Source of the DNA: Bacteroidales bacterium
GTDB taxonomy: Bacteria; Bacteroidota; Bacteroidia; Bacteroidales; PWNQ01
DNA length: 55,577 bases
Assembly (NCBI GenBank): GCA_021740245.1
Contig: JAIPAE010000003.1
Span: 1 to 55,577, forward strand
Reading direction: 5' to 3'
Shown piece by piece: positions 28,880-39,152 of the stretch. The notes below the pieces were generated by a model that did not search any database, was not told the origin of the DNA, and saw nothing but the letters and a program-made list of their open reading frames with translations. The position numbers and the translations under genes are program-made. How positions within the stretch are numbered: position 1 is the first letter of the stretch; each line of letters starts with the position of its first letter.

Positions 28880-29152
28880 TTATTTAATGGATACTGTCAA
28901 CATCTTATGCATCATAATATCATAACGTGGCTTCAGATCATCATAAGCTCCCCTTTTAACTGAACATTTACCTTTAAAGTGCACAATATAGGCACACTGT
29001 TCAGCCTGTTCAGGTTCATGATCACACACATCCATTAATGTTTTAATAACAAAGTCAAAAGTATTAAAGTCATCATTATGCAGAATCAATTGACGCTCTT
29101 TATTTTCTATGCCAATTTCTTCAGTTGATACTTTTTCCTTTTCTTTTGTCAT
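28880..29152 (-). CDS. clpS: ATP-dependent Clp protease adaptor ClpS
   Basis: LILHNDDFNTFDFV...QAEQCAYIVHFKGKCSVK. Confidence 0.9.
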   Translation of the reverse strand: MTKEKEKVSTEEIGIENKERQLILHNDDFNTFDFVIKTLMDVCDHEPEQAEQCAYIVHFKGKCSVKRGAYDDLKPRYDIMMHKMLTVSIK

Positions 29153-29219
29153 AATTGTTTCATTATTTTTACAAATATAAATGAAAACTACCAGTAAGCA
29201 AAGTCAAAAATAAACTCAT

Positions 29220-30104
29220 TTAATATTTCGTAATATATTTTAATTTTTCCATAATAGTTACTGCCTGTCTGGCTTCTTTCACATCATGCACACGCAAGAT
29301 GTCAACTCCTCGTTCTAATGCCAGAACATTAAGAATTGTAGTTCCGTTTAATGCTTCCTCAGGTTTGATCCCAAGTAATTTATTAATCATTGATTTTCGG
29401 GAAACTCCTACCAAAACAGGAAGTTCAAACATATTAAAGTATTCCAGTTCATTAAGCAACTGGTAATTATGATCCAGGTTCTTTCCAAATCCAAACCCCG
29501 GATCAAGGATAATATCATTAATTCCCATTGTTTTCATTTTTTCAATTTGCCGGGCAAAAAACATTCCGATATCTTTAACCACATCCCGGTATTCAGGATT
29601 TTTTTGCATAGTTTCAGGAGTTCCCTGCATATGCATCATGATATAAGGAACCTGCAAATCGGCAATTGTGGAAATCATTTCAGCATCCTGCATCCCACCG
29701 GAAATATCATTGATAATATCTGCACCGGCGTGTACAACTTCTCTGGTCACTTGAGACCGGAAAGTATCAACAGATAACACAGCCTCAGGAAATTCTTTTC
29801 TTAATATTTTCAGAGCAGGCAAAAGTCTTTTTAATTCCTCATCCTTGCTAATGAAAGCAGCTCCCGGACGCGTAGACATACCACCGATATCAATTATATC
29901 AGCGCCTTGCAAAAACATAGTATTTACCCGCTGAATCACATCTTCCTCCAAGGTATATCGGCCTCCGTCATAAAATGAATCCGGGGTGAGATTTAGAATT
30001 CCCATTACAAGAGGCCGGGAAAATTCTATTAACTTCCCGCCACAATTAATACTTCGTGGAGGTCGGAAAAAAGTATCTTGTTGCTTTGTGCTTGTTCGAT
30101 TCAA
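29220..30104 (-). CDS. folP: Dihydropteroate synthase
   Basis: MGILNLTPDSFYDGG, STRPGA, INDISG, DPGFGFGK, SRKS and LRVHDV. Confidence 0.96.
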   Translation of the reverse strand: MNRTSTKQQDTFFRPPRSINCGGKLIEFSRPLVMGILNLTPDSFYDGGRYTLEEDVIQRVNTMFLQGADIIDIGGMSTRPGAAFISKDEELKRLLPALKILRKEFPEAVLSVDTFRSQVTREVVHAGADIINDISGGMQDAEMISTIADLQVPYIMMHMQGTPETMQKNPEYRDVVKDIGMFFARQIEKMKTMGINDIILDPGFGFGKNLDHNYQLLNELEYFNMFELPVLVGVSRKSMINKLLGIKPEEALNGTTILNVLALERGVDILRVHDVKEARQAVTIMEKLKYITKY

Positions 30105-30170
30105 TTTTTTATAATTTTGGGTGCTGTTTCGAATTCAGAAATAATTTTTGACTTGTAAAACAAGCTTCGA

Positions 30171-30719
30171 ATGTACAACAAAACATCAAATCAATACGAT
30201 AAAATCATAGAAAAATGTAAACATATTTTTCTTACAAAGATGGAAGATTACGGCAGTGCATGGCGTGTTTTAAGACCTTCCAGCTTAACCGACCAGATTT
30301 ATATTAAAGCTGAGCGCATTAAAAGTTTTGAAGAAAAAGGCATTCAAAAGATAGACGAGGAAATTGACGGAGAGTACATTGGCATTATCAATTATTCGGT
30401 TATGGCTCTGATCCAGTTAGAACTTGGTACAGCAGATAACGACAACGATATTTCAAAAGCGGATGCTGAAGAACTTTTTACCAAACACTTTAAGGCTTCC
30501 AAAGCTTTAATGGAAAATAAAAACCATGATTACAGTGAAGCCTGGCGGAATATGCGCCGGGAATCACTTACTGACATTATCCTGATGAAGCTTTTACGGG
30601 TCAAACAAATAGAAGACAATGCCGGAGAAACAAAAATATCCGAAGGTGTTGATGCTAATTACCGTGATATTATTAATTATGCAGTATTTGCTTTAATAAA
30701 ATTAGAGGAAAACAAATAA
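30171..30719 (+). CDS. DUF1599 family protein (two tandem repeats)
   Basis: Two copies of KxxDYxxAW...SLTDxIxxK..RxK..E...IINYxVxALI; usual Bacteroidota position divergent from folP. Confidence 0.85.
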   Translation: MYNKTSNQYDKIIEKCKHIFLTKMEDYGSAWRVLRPSSLTDQIYIKAERIKSFEEKGIQKIDEEIDGEYIGIINYSVMALIQLELGTADNDNDISKADAEELFTKHFKASKALMENKNHDYSEAWRNMRRESLTDIILMKLLRVKQIEDNAGETKISEGVDANYRDIINYAVFALIKLEENK

Positions 30720-30732
30720 ACTGTTAACCATT

Positions 30733-31833
30733 ATGAAAATAGTGCGCAATCTTAGCCGGATACTTTTGGGTTTGGTTTTTATGTTTTCAGGATTTGTAAA
30801 AGGGATTGACCCCTGGGGGTTTACCTACAAATTAATCGATTATTTTGAAGCCTTTCATCTGGAGTGGCTTGAAACCATTGCTATTTTCCTATCAGTGTTT
30901 GTAAGTGCACTGGAGTTTGTTATAGGTTTCCTGTTGTTATTAAATGCCCGCCCAAAGCTGGCAGCTTGGGGAAACCTGCTGTTTATGGCCATTTTTACAC
31001 CGCTGACGTTATATCTGGCTATTGAGAACCCGGTTAGCGATTGTGGCTGTTTTGGCGATGCCATAATCCTTTCAAATTGGGAAACATTCTATAAAAATTT
31101 GATATTGTTTGCATTATCCATCCTTGTTTTTGTAGAACGTAAAAAATTCAGGCCTGCGTGGAAACCTTTGCAACAGACAATCATCATTTTTATAGGTTTC
31201 TTCATTATGTTTGGCTTCTCATGGTATTCTTATCAACATTTGCCCATGATCGACTTCCGCGCCTGGAAAGTGGGCAGCGATATGACACAAAAACCACCAA
31301 AACCTGATGTTTACCTTAAATATAAAAATACTAAAACTGGTGAAACCAAAGAATGGTTAACGCAGGATTTACCATACGACAAACCTGGGTTCAACGATCA
31401 ATGGGAATTCGTTAACCAGCGTGTTGTAGAACCGGATATGCCCGATAATACATTACGATTGGAAAACAGGGATGGAATTAATGTGAGTGAAAAAGTGTTG
31501 GATGTTGAAGGATTTAACTTTATTATGGTCGCTTATGACCTGGAAAAAGCAGATGCTGAAAGCATGGTGAAAATGGATAATTTCTATAATCAGTGTCAAC
31601 AAGACAGCATCGCCTTCCAGGTAATAACGGGTTCACTATTCAATACAATTGCAAGTTATAAAAAAGCAAATAATCTGAATTATCCATTTTATCTGGCTGA
31701 TGATATTGCCTTAAAAACGGTAATTCGTTCAAACCCGGGATTGTTATTGTTGAAAGACGGTGTTATTAAGGAAAAATGGCATTATAATGACTTTCCGGAA
31801 TACTCACAGTTCCGTAAAGAATATTTGAAATAA
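30733..31833 (+). CDS. BT_3928-like DoxX/MauE membrane protein with C-terminal thioredoxin-like domain
   Basis: SGFVKGIDPWG, DCGCFGDA, HLPMIDFRAW and IRSNPGL. Confidence 0.85.
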   Translation: MKIVRNLSRILLGLVFMFSGFVKGIDPWGFTYKLIDYFEAFHLEWLETIAIFLSVFVSALEFVIGFLLLLNARPKLAAWGNLLFMAIFTPLTLYLAIENPVSDCGCFGDAIILSNWETFYKNLILFALSILVFVERKKFRPAWKPLQQTIIIFIGFFIMFGFSWYSYQHLPMIDFRAWKVGSDMTQKPPKPDVYLKYKNTKTGETKEWLTQDLPYDKPGFNDQWEFVNQRVVEPDMPDNTLRLENRDGINVSEKVLDVEGFNFIMVAYDLEKADAESMVKMDNFYNQCQQDSIAFQVITGSLFNTIASYKKANNLNYPFYLADDIALKTVIRSNPGLLLLKDGVIKEKWHYNDFPEYSQFRKEYLK

Positions 31834-31839
31834 AACAAC

Positions 31840-32922
31840 ATGGCACGCTTTATACTTCGGCGTTTGGGTTATGGTCTTCTGGTTTTAGCCGGAGTAGTAA
31901 CCATCGTTTTCTTTTTGTTCAATATTTTGCCGGGTGATCCGGCCAGGATGATGCTGGGACAGCGTGCTGATGTAGCTTCTGTTGAGACAATACGGAAAGA
32001 CCTGGGACTCGATCAGCCACTGTCCAGGCAATATTTAAAGTATGTTAATGATTTATCGCCTTTATCTTACCATAACAAAAATCAGGAATCACATTATTTC
32101 TTTTTGGATAAACACAAATACGGGAAAACCATAACATTGTTAAAACCTGGTAAAGATGGTGTCTTGGTATTGAAAAAACCGTATCTGCGTCGCTCCTATC
32201 AAAGCAAACGAAAAGTAAATCATATCCTCTCCCAGGCTTTTGTTAAAACAGCAGTGCTGGCTGTTACAGCCATGACCTTTGCTGTTATTTTCGGACTGAT
32301 CATTGGTGTGATCAGTGCTCTGAAAAAAGACGGATTGTTCGATAAATCGTCATTGGTACTTTCAGTTCTTGGCATGTCCATACCATCGTTTTTTGCAGCA
32401 ATCCTGATCGGTTGGTTTTTTGCATTTATACTTGGCGAATACACTGGTTTGAACATGATCGGCAGCATGTATACGGTCGATAATTTTGGCCGTGGAAAAT
32501 ATCTTGACCTTCAAAATCTCATACTTCCGGCACTTACGCTTGGAATACGGCCACTTGCCATTGTGACAGAACTAACACGAAGTTCCATGCTTGATGTTTT
32601 ATCGCAGGATTATATAAAAACAGCCAAAGCCAAAGGTCTCAGACAAAACAAAATCATCATGCGACATGCATTAAAAAATGCTTTGAATCCTGTTATTACA
32701 GCTACATCCGGTTGGTTTGCCTCTTTGCTGGCAGGGGCTGTTTTTGTGGAATATATTTTCGACTGGAAAGGGCTGGGTGTTGTCATTGTAAAAGCACTGG
32801 AACAATATGACTTTCCTGTAATTATGGGAGCTGTCCTGTTTATATCCGTTATTCTGATCATAATAAACATCCTGATAGATATTATTTATAGTTTGCTGGA
32901 TCCTCGTGTCCTCATCGCATAA
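31840..32922 (+). CDS. Peptide ABC transporter permease (OppB/DppB-like)
   Basis: PGDPAR, LGLDQPL, RSSMLDVLSQDYIKTAKAKGL and HALKNA. Confidence 0.92.
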   Translation: MARFILRRLGYGLLVLAGVVTIVFFLFNILPGDPARMMLGQRADVASVETIRKDLGLDQPLSRQYLKYVNDLSPLSYHNKNQESHYFFLDKHKYGKTITLLKPGKDGVLVLKKPYLRRSYQSKRKVNHILSQAFVKTAVLAVTAMTFAVIFGLIIGVISALKKDGLFDKSSLVLSVLGMSIPSFFAAILIGWFFAFILGEYTGLNMIGSMYTVDNFGRGKYLDLQNLILPALTLGIRPLAIVTELTRSSMLDVLSQDYIKTAKAKGLRQNKIIMRHALKNALNPVITATSGWFASLLAGAVFVEYIFDWKGLGVVIVKALEQYDFPVIMGAVLFISVILIIINILIDIIYSLLDPRVLIA

Positions 32923-32955
32923 TTTTTTGTAAATTTGAAGAAAATCAAATGAACT

Positions 32956-33723
32956 ATGAGAACAAAAATTGTTGCTGGAAACTGGAAAATGAATATGCTT
33001 CAGCATGAAGCGATTTCCCTGATTAGTGATATAAAAAAAGAGCTAAAAAACAGAGGCCCTAATGCCAAAAACACTTCAATGATCATCATGCCACCCTTTA
33101 CCTGGATACCAGCGGCTGTGGAGATGACATCCGCTGAACCGGCTATCAGCATTGGTGCTCAGAACTGTTATCACGAACCCAATGGAGCTTTCACCGGAGA
33201 AGTTTCACCGGAAATGATCCAATCCACAGGAGCAGAATACGCCATTTTAGGTCACTCCGAACGCAGACAATACTTTAAAGAATCTCATGAGCTATTGAAA
33301 AAGAAAGTAAACGCTGTGATAAATGCTGAGCTTTATCCCGTTTTTTGCTGTGGAGAGCCTCTGGAAGTAAGAGAAGAAAACAAACAGGAAACCCTGATTA
33401 AACAGCAACTGAAAGAAAGCCTCTTTCATCTGGATGAACAAGACTTCAGCAAAGTAATCATAGCTTACGAACCCGTTTGGGCTATCGGAACCGGAAAAAC
33501 CGCAAGTCCGGAGCAAGCTCAGAGTATGCATCAGTTTATACGGCAACTAATTCATGATAACTACAACGATAAACTGGCTGAGAATACAACAATACTCTAC
33601 GGAGGAAGCTGTAAACCGGATAATGCCAGGGAACTATTTTCCAAACCGGATGTTGATGGCGGACTTATAGGAGGTGCTTCCCTGAAAGCCAAAGACTTTA
33701 TTGATATATTTTTTAGCTTTTAA
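32956..33723 (+). CDS. tpiA: Triosephosphate isomerase
   Basis: AGNWKMN, GHSERR, AYEPVWAIGTG, YGGS and GGASL. Confidence 0.98.
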   Translation: MRTKIVAGNWKMNMLQHEAISLISDIKKELKNRGPNAKNTSMIIMPPFTWIPAAVEMTSAEPAISIGAQNCYHEPNGAFTGEVSPEMIQSTGAEYAILGHSERRQYFKESHELLKKKVNAVINAELYPVFCCGEPLEVREENKQETLIKQQLKESLFHLDEQDFSKVIIAYEPVWAIGTGKTASPEQAQSMHQFIRQLIHDNYNDKLAENTTILYGGSCKPDNARELFSKPDVDGGLIGGASLKAKDFIDIFFSF

Positions 33724-33736
33724 CACGTTAAAGCAA

Positions 33737-34567
33737 ATGGAATTTTTAGAAATCAATTTTTTACTTAATCCGGATTCATCCGAAAACCGGGAGATACTAA
33801 TATCAGAACTGGATGACCTGGGTTTTGATTCATATTGGGAAGAAGATGATGTATTCAGGGCCTATATTATGCCAGTGAATTTCACTGCTGAAAAACTTGA
33901 TGAACTCAAGAATAGAAACGAAGAGCTTTTTTATTTTAATTATACCATCCAAAACCTCCAGGAAAGAAACTGGAATGAACTATGGGAACGGAATTTTGAA
34001 CCGGTTCAAATCAATGATCAATGTGCTGTTCGGGCTCCGTTTCATAAACCATTCCCAAAAACTCCTTATGAGATTATCATAGAACCCAAAATGGCATTTG
34101 GAACAGCCCATCATGAAACTACTTCCATGATCCTGGATATGATGACCGATATGGACATGGACAGGCTTTCTATACTCGATATGGGATCCGGAACAGGAGT
34201 GCTGTCAATTATGGCTAAATTAAAAAATGCTGAAAAGGTAATTGCTGTGGATAATGACGATTGGGCATGTAAAAATACTGCCGAAAATATTATCATAAAC
34301 AAACAGGATATCCAAATTCGAAAAGGTGACATTGATGCCGTGCATGGTGAGACGTTTGACATTATCCTGGCCAATATCAACCGCAATATTCTTTTGCGAC
34401 ACATGCCCGGATATGCCAAAATGCTTAAAAAAAACGGACAAATTATATTTAGTGGCTTTTACACGGAAGATTTGGAAAGCATAAAGGGAAAAGCTGCAAA
34501 ATATGGTTTAAAACTTGTAAATATTGAAACTAAAAACAATTGGATTGCCGCATTATTCGTTGCATAA
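33737..34567 (+). CDS. prmA: Ribosomal protein L11 methyltransferase
   Basis: PKMAFGTAHHETT, LDMGSGTGVL and ANINRN. Start trimmed to MEFLE. Confidence 0.93.
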   Translation: MEFLEINFLLNPDSSENREILISELDDLGFDSYWEEDDVFRAYIMPVNFTAEKLDELKNRNEELFYFNYTIQNLQERNWNELWERNFEPVQINDQCAVRAPFHKPFPKTPYEIIIEPKMAFGTAHHETTSMILDMMTDMDMDRLSILDMGSGTGVLSIMAKLKNAEKVIAVDNDDWACKNTAENIIINKQDIQIRKGDIDAVHGETFDIILANINRNILLRHMPGYAKMLKKNGQIIFSGFYTEDLESIKGKAAKYGLKLVNIETKNNWIAALFVA

Positions 34568-34579
34568 AAAAACAACTTC

Positions 34580-37500
34580 ATGATACGAAATGTTCTATTA
34601 AGCATTATAACCATTTTACTACTTTCCCCTGCTTTTGTAAATGCACAGGTGATCAGGGAAATATCTAAAGACCCACAGGTTTTTCCAGAAGAACTGATTC
34701 GAATGGCAGAAAGCATCAATAAACGAGAAGTCAAAAAAGAAGCCGAAGAATTTGCAATGCAGTTCAATCGGATGTGGGCTTCAGATACGCTGAATTCAGA
34801 ACAGAAGAAGGCCGTAGTCGAAACAATCAACAGAATGCTGCAAAAAAGAATTTCTGTTGATCCGTCGGTTTTTAAGTATCTACATACGGTTTATGAACTT
34901 TGTCGCACCGATCATTTTGATAAAGACTTTAAAGGTATGACTTCCGGCCTTCATTACTTTACCAAACGGCTACAGCGGACTCATGTAGAAGAAACTATAG
35001 CTCGCCTGGAACATTTCGTAAAAGATCATACACTTACAACACTTACCTCTTCCACCTGGAAATCAACCTCTGGCAATTACAAAATACGCTTTGATAACTC
35101 CGATCGCACTTTCAAAATATTAATACCCAAAACAGACCTCATCGCCTATGCATACAAAGACTCCAGTGTGATCTACAATACAAGCGGATATTATGACCTT
35201 AGACGAAAACGCTGGTATGGCAAGGGAGGAATTGTGACCTGGGAAAATGCCGGATACAACCCGGATATAGTCTATGCAAAATTGGATGAATATGATATCA
35301 ACATGCAGTTTACTAAATACCGCGTGAATCGTGTCAACTTTTTTCATAAAGAATACTTTTCGGAGCCGTTGATTGGTCGTTTGAGTAACCAAACTGAGGT
35401 CGGTTCCACCAGCCGCAATAAAAAACGTGTTAATTACCCCCGGTTTATAGCCTCAGAAGGTCAAAAAACCATTAATAATATCTTTCCTGGTGTGGACTAC
35501 AACGGCGGGTTTTCAATGCTCGGGAGCAGATTTGTAGCCTCATCATCCAAAAAAAATCTGGCCTCAATCCTTATCAGCAAAGATGAAAAACCTTTTATAC
35601 GCCTGATGTCCAACAACTTTGCCATGGATTCAGCCCGTATCAAAAGTGAATTATCAGCGCTGACCATTTACCTGGATGAGGATTCTGTTTACCATCCCGC
35701 AGTCCGTTTTACCTATGACAATAACAATCAGTTATTATCCATATACCGCGATCAGGAAGGCCTATCCAGAAGTCCCTTTTTTGATACTTATCATATGGTT
35801 GATATTGATGTTGAGGCTATCTTTTGGAATATTGACGAAGAGAAAATCCTGCTCCGGAACATCCCGTCCTCATCCGACAGAAACACAGCATTTTTTCGTT
35901 CAATGAACTTCTTTGATGAACAGGAATTCAACCATATAAAAGGAATGGATCGTACCAACCCCATATATCATATTCAATCTTTTTATGAAAATACAGGGAT
36001 GAAAGAATTTCATCTTAACAACATGGTTAATTTCATAGGCTATGCACCGCATATGGTAAAATCTATGCTACTGAAGCTGGCCAATATGGGGTTTCTGAAT
36101 TATGATCTGAATAACGATATGGTAACCATACGCGATCGCCTCTTTCATTACCTTGAAGCAAGACAGGGAAAACGTGATTATGATGTGATCAATTTCAATT
36201 CACGAACACAAAAGAAAAGCAACGGGGAGCTCAGCCTGCTCGACTATAATATGAAACTTTATGGTATCCACACCATACAACTCAGCGATTCACAGAATGT
36301 AGTGATTAATCCCAGGGAGAACTCACTCACATTGAAGAAAAACCGGGATTTTGAATTTGACGGAAGAATCAAAGCCGGGCGCTTCGTAATCCATGGTAAC
36401 GGCTTTGAATTTTCCTACGAAAAATTTGGCATCGAAATGCCTCTTATTGATTCAATGCAATTCTGGGTAAAACCCTTTGAAGAGGACAAAGACAAATATG
36501 CCAATCGCAGATATGTAGAAAGTACGATACAAGATATGCAGGGCGAACTGGTCATTGATAAAGCCAATAATAAATCCGGCAGAAAATCATACCCGAAATA
36601 TCCGATTCTCAAAAACGAGAAAAATGCTTATGTCTATTACGACAAAAACTGCATCTATCCAAACATATATAAACCTGATGAGTTCTATTACCGTTTAGAC
36701 CCGTTTACTATTGACAGCCTTGATAATTTCACTACTGAGGGCTTACAATTTACGGGTTATTTGGCCTCATCGGGGATATTCCCTGTTATTAATCAACCGC
36801 TGGCGGTTCAAAAAGATTATTCCTTAGGGTTCATACATAACACTCCATCAACAGGCTATAATATTTACGGCGGAAAGGGACACTATAATGATCATATCCG
36901 TTTAAGTAACCAGGGGCTGGAAGGCAGCGGAGAGTTAAAATACCTGACGGCAAAAGCAAAATCTGTTGAATTCGATTTTTTCCCTGACAGCACAAATGCT
37001 TTAGCCAATGAATATGTCGTAAAAGAACAAAGCGGACAGGTGCAATATCCGGCTGTTACAGCCACTAACGTGAGGCTGCATTGGGAACCCTATAATGATA
37101 TCATGACCGTTAAAAGCCAGGTAAAACCGGTTAGCATGTTTAATCAACAAGCAAACATTGACGGAAAACTAAAATATACGCCTGATAAAATGACCGGAAA
37201 AGGAAAAATGCATATTGCCGATGCTGATATTTCTTCAGACCGTTTTGTTTATGCAAAACAAGATATCTATGCGGATACCTGTGACTTTAAACTAATTGCT
37301 AAATCTGATGAATTTGGATTAGGTACCGGCGATAAAGTGGAACATGACCTGATCACTAATAATTACAAAGCTGAGATATCTTTTAAAACCCGTAAAGGGA
37401 AATTTACATCAAACAGCGGCTCCTCACGGGTTAAATTTCCTGTCAATCAATATATTGGCTTTATCGACCAATTCAACTGGTTTATGGATAAAGAAGAAAT

Positions 37501-39148
37501 TGCTTTCTCATCTACATTATCGGAAAAAATGGCTAATGTTTACGACCAGTACACCCAGGATCAATTAATTGACAGCACATTACAAGGTGCCCGTTTTATT
37601 TCAATACATCCGGCACAGGATTCTCTTGAGTTTATAGCGGATTATGCAGTTTACAGTCGTAATGAGCAAACACTTCATGCCAACGGCATCCGGATACTAC
37701 GCATTGCAGATGCTGCAATCTTTCCTGTGGACAAAAAGCTACTGATCAAACGGCGCGCTGAGATCGAACCGCTTCAAAAAGCTACAATCCTGACTAATAC
37801 AACAACCCGCTACCATCAAATTTACAATGCCACTATTAATATCGATGGCAGATACCAATATCATGCGCGTGGAGATTATGACTACGTAGATAATAACAAT
37901 GAAATACAAACCATATATCTGAATGATATTTCTGTAAATAAAAACAGGATAACTAATGCATCAGGTGAAATAAAGCAAGATGATGACTTTAAGTTAAGTC
38001 CGGCATTTAAGTTCAAAGGACAGACAAACCTGATATCCACAGATCAATATCTGACTTTCGATGGTGGTTTTAGTGTCAGAAACCAGTGCGATACAATGCC
38101 TGATCAATGGGTTAAGTTCAAGTCGGTTATCCGACCAGACAGCGTTATGCTACCGGTAGACTCAAATGCTAAGACTATTCATGACAGGGCGACCTATGCA
38201 TCCATTCTGCACGCAAAAGACCGTAAACAGATTTACAGTTCTTTCTTTACGCAGGATAACACGCATCGCCTGCGACAGGGAAATGCCATTTTCAGTTCTT
38301 TCGGACATCTTATTTTTGATGAAGTATCTTCAGAATACAGACTGGCATCCAAAGAACGGTTAAACAACAAAACAGCAAGCGGAAATTATACAGCATATAA
38401 TACCAGAGACTGCATCCATACAGGCGAAGGTGAGATTAACTTCTTTGAAGAAACCGGACAGGTGGATATACAGATGCTTGGCAAAGCAGAGCATTATATC
38501 CTTGACGATTCAACACAAATTAGCGGAACCCTGGCCCTTGATTTCCTCTTTGATGAAAATGCACTGGAATATATGGCTAACAGTATCAATTCATATAGCA
38601 ACCTGAAAGGTGTTGAATTAAACTCAGATCGCTTTAAAGTAGCCATACGTAACATGGTTGAACCCGGATTAGCTGAAGAACTCATTAATGAGATCAACCT
38701 GTACAATAAAATAGAAAAAGTTCCGGACAAATTTAAACGGACTATGATCCTTACCGATGTTTCACTCAAATGGGATGACTATTCGCAAAGTTTTATTTCC
38801 AAAGCACCCGTTGGAATTGCATTTTTAGGTGATCAACAGGTAACCCGTTATGTGGATGCCTACATCATATTCAACAAGGGCAGGCGCGGAGGTTTCAGAG
38901 AAGGTGAATTCACCATTTTACTGGAGATATCATCTGCAGAATGGTATTATTTTAACTACAGACCAACAGGCGCTATGACAGTAGTTGCTGCATCCGATGA
39001 GTTTAAAACAATAATCAGTGAACTAAAAGCTAAAGAAAGAGAGCAGGAAGCTACAGATAATAAAAGATCATTCAGATATAACCTGGGTGGCAGTATACAG
39101 CGGGAACAATTTTTAAGGAATATAAAAAGATTAACAGGAGACCGGTAA
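34580..39148 (+). CDS. Very large exported hypothetical protein (1522 aa, beta-rich)
   Basis: Long uninterrupted ORF packed between prmA and plsY; signal peptide ending VNA-Q; no catalytic motif recognised. Confidence 0.85.
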   Translation: MIRNVLLSIITILLLSPAFVNAQVIREISKDPQVFPEELIRMAESINKREVKKEAEEFAMQFNRMWASDTLNSEQKKAVVETINRMLQKRISVDPSVFKYLHTVYELCRTDHFDKDFKGMTSGLHYFTKRLQRTHVEETIARLEHFVKDHTLTTLTSSTWKSTSGNYKIRFDNSDRTFKILIPKTDLIAYAYKDSSVIYNTSGYYDLRRKRWYGKGGIVTWENAGYNPDIVYAKLDEYDINMQFTKYRVNRVNFFHKEYFSEPLIGRLSNQTEVGSTSRNKKRVNYPRFIASEGQKTINNIFPGVDYNGGFSMLGSRFVASSSKKNLASILISKDEKPFIRLMSNNFAMDSARIKSELSALTIYLDEDSVYHPAVRFTYDNNNQLLSIYRDQEGLSRSPFFDTYHMVDIDVEAIFWNIDEEKILLRNIPSSSDRNTAFFRSMNFFDEQEFNHIKGMDRTNPIYHIQSFYENTGMKEFHLNNMVNFIGYAPHMVKSMLLKLANMGFLNYDLNNDMVTIRDRLFHYLEARQGKRDYDVINFNSRTQKKSNGELSLLDYNMKLYGIHTIQLSDSQNVVINPRENSLTLKKNRDFEFDGRIKAGRFVIHGNGFEFSYEKFGIEMPLIDSMQFWVKPFEEDKDKYANRRYVESTIQDMQGELVIDKANNKSGRKSYPKYPILKNEKNAYVYYDKNCIYPNIYKPDEFYYRLDPFTIDSLDNFTTEGLQFTGYLASSGIFPVINQPLAVQKDYSLGFIHNTPSTGYNIYGGKGHYNDHIRLSNQGLEGSGELKYLTAKAKSVEFDFFPDSTNALANEYVVKEQSGQVQYPAVTATNVRLHWEPYNDIMTVKSQVKPVSMFNQQANIDGKLKYTPDKMTGKGKMHIADADISSDRFVYAKQDIYADTCDFKLIAKSDEFGLGTGDKVEHDLITNNYKAEISFKTRKGKFTSNSGSSRVKFPVNQYIGFIDQFNWFMDKEEIAFSSTLSEKMANVYDQYTQDQLIDSTLQGARFISIHPAQDSLEFIADYAVYSRNEQTLHANGIRILRIADAAIFPVDKKLLIKRRAEIEPLQKATILTNTTTRYHQIYNATINIDGRYQYHARGDYDYVDNNNEIQTIYLNDISVNKNRITNASGEIKQDDDFKLSPAFKFKGQTNLISTDQYLTFDGGFSVRNQCDTMPDQWVKFKSVIRPDSVMLPVDSNAKTIHDRATYASILHAKDRKQIYSSFFTQDNTHRLRQGNAIFSSFGHLIFDEVSSEYRLASKERLNNKTASGNYTAYNTRDCIHTGEGEINFFEETGQVDIQMLGKAEHYILDDSTQISGTLALDFLFDENALEYMANSINSYSNLKGVELNSDRFKVAIRNMVEPGLAEELINEINLYNKIEKVPDKFKRTMILTDVSLKWDDYSQSFISKAPVGIAFLGDQQVTRYVDAYIIFNKGRRGGFREGEFTILLEISSAEWYYFNYRPTGAMTVVAASDEFKTIISELKAKEREQEATDNKRSFRYNLGGSIQREQFLRNIKRLTGDR

Positions 39149-39152
39149 CGTA

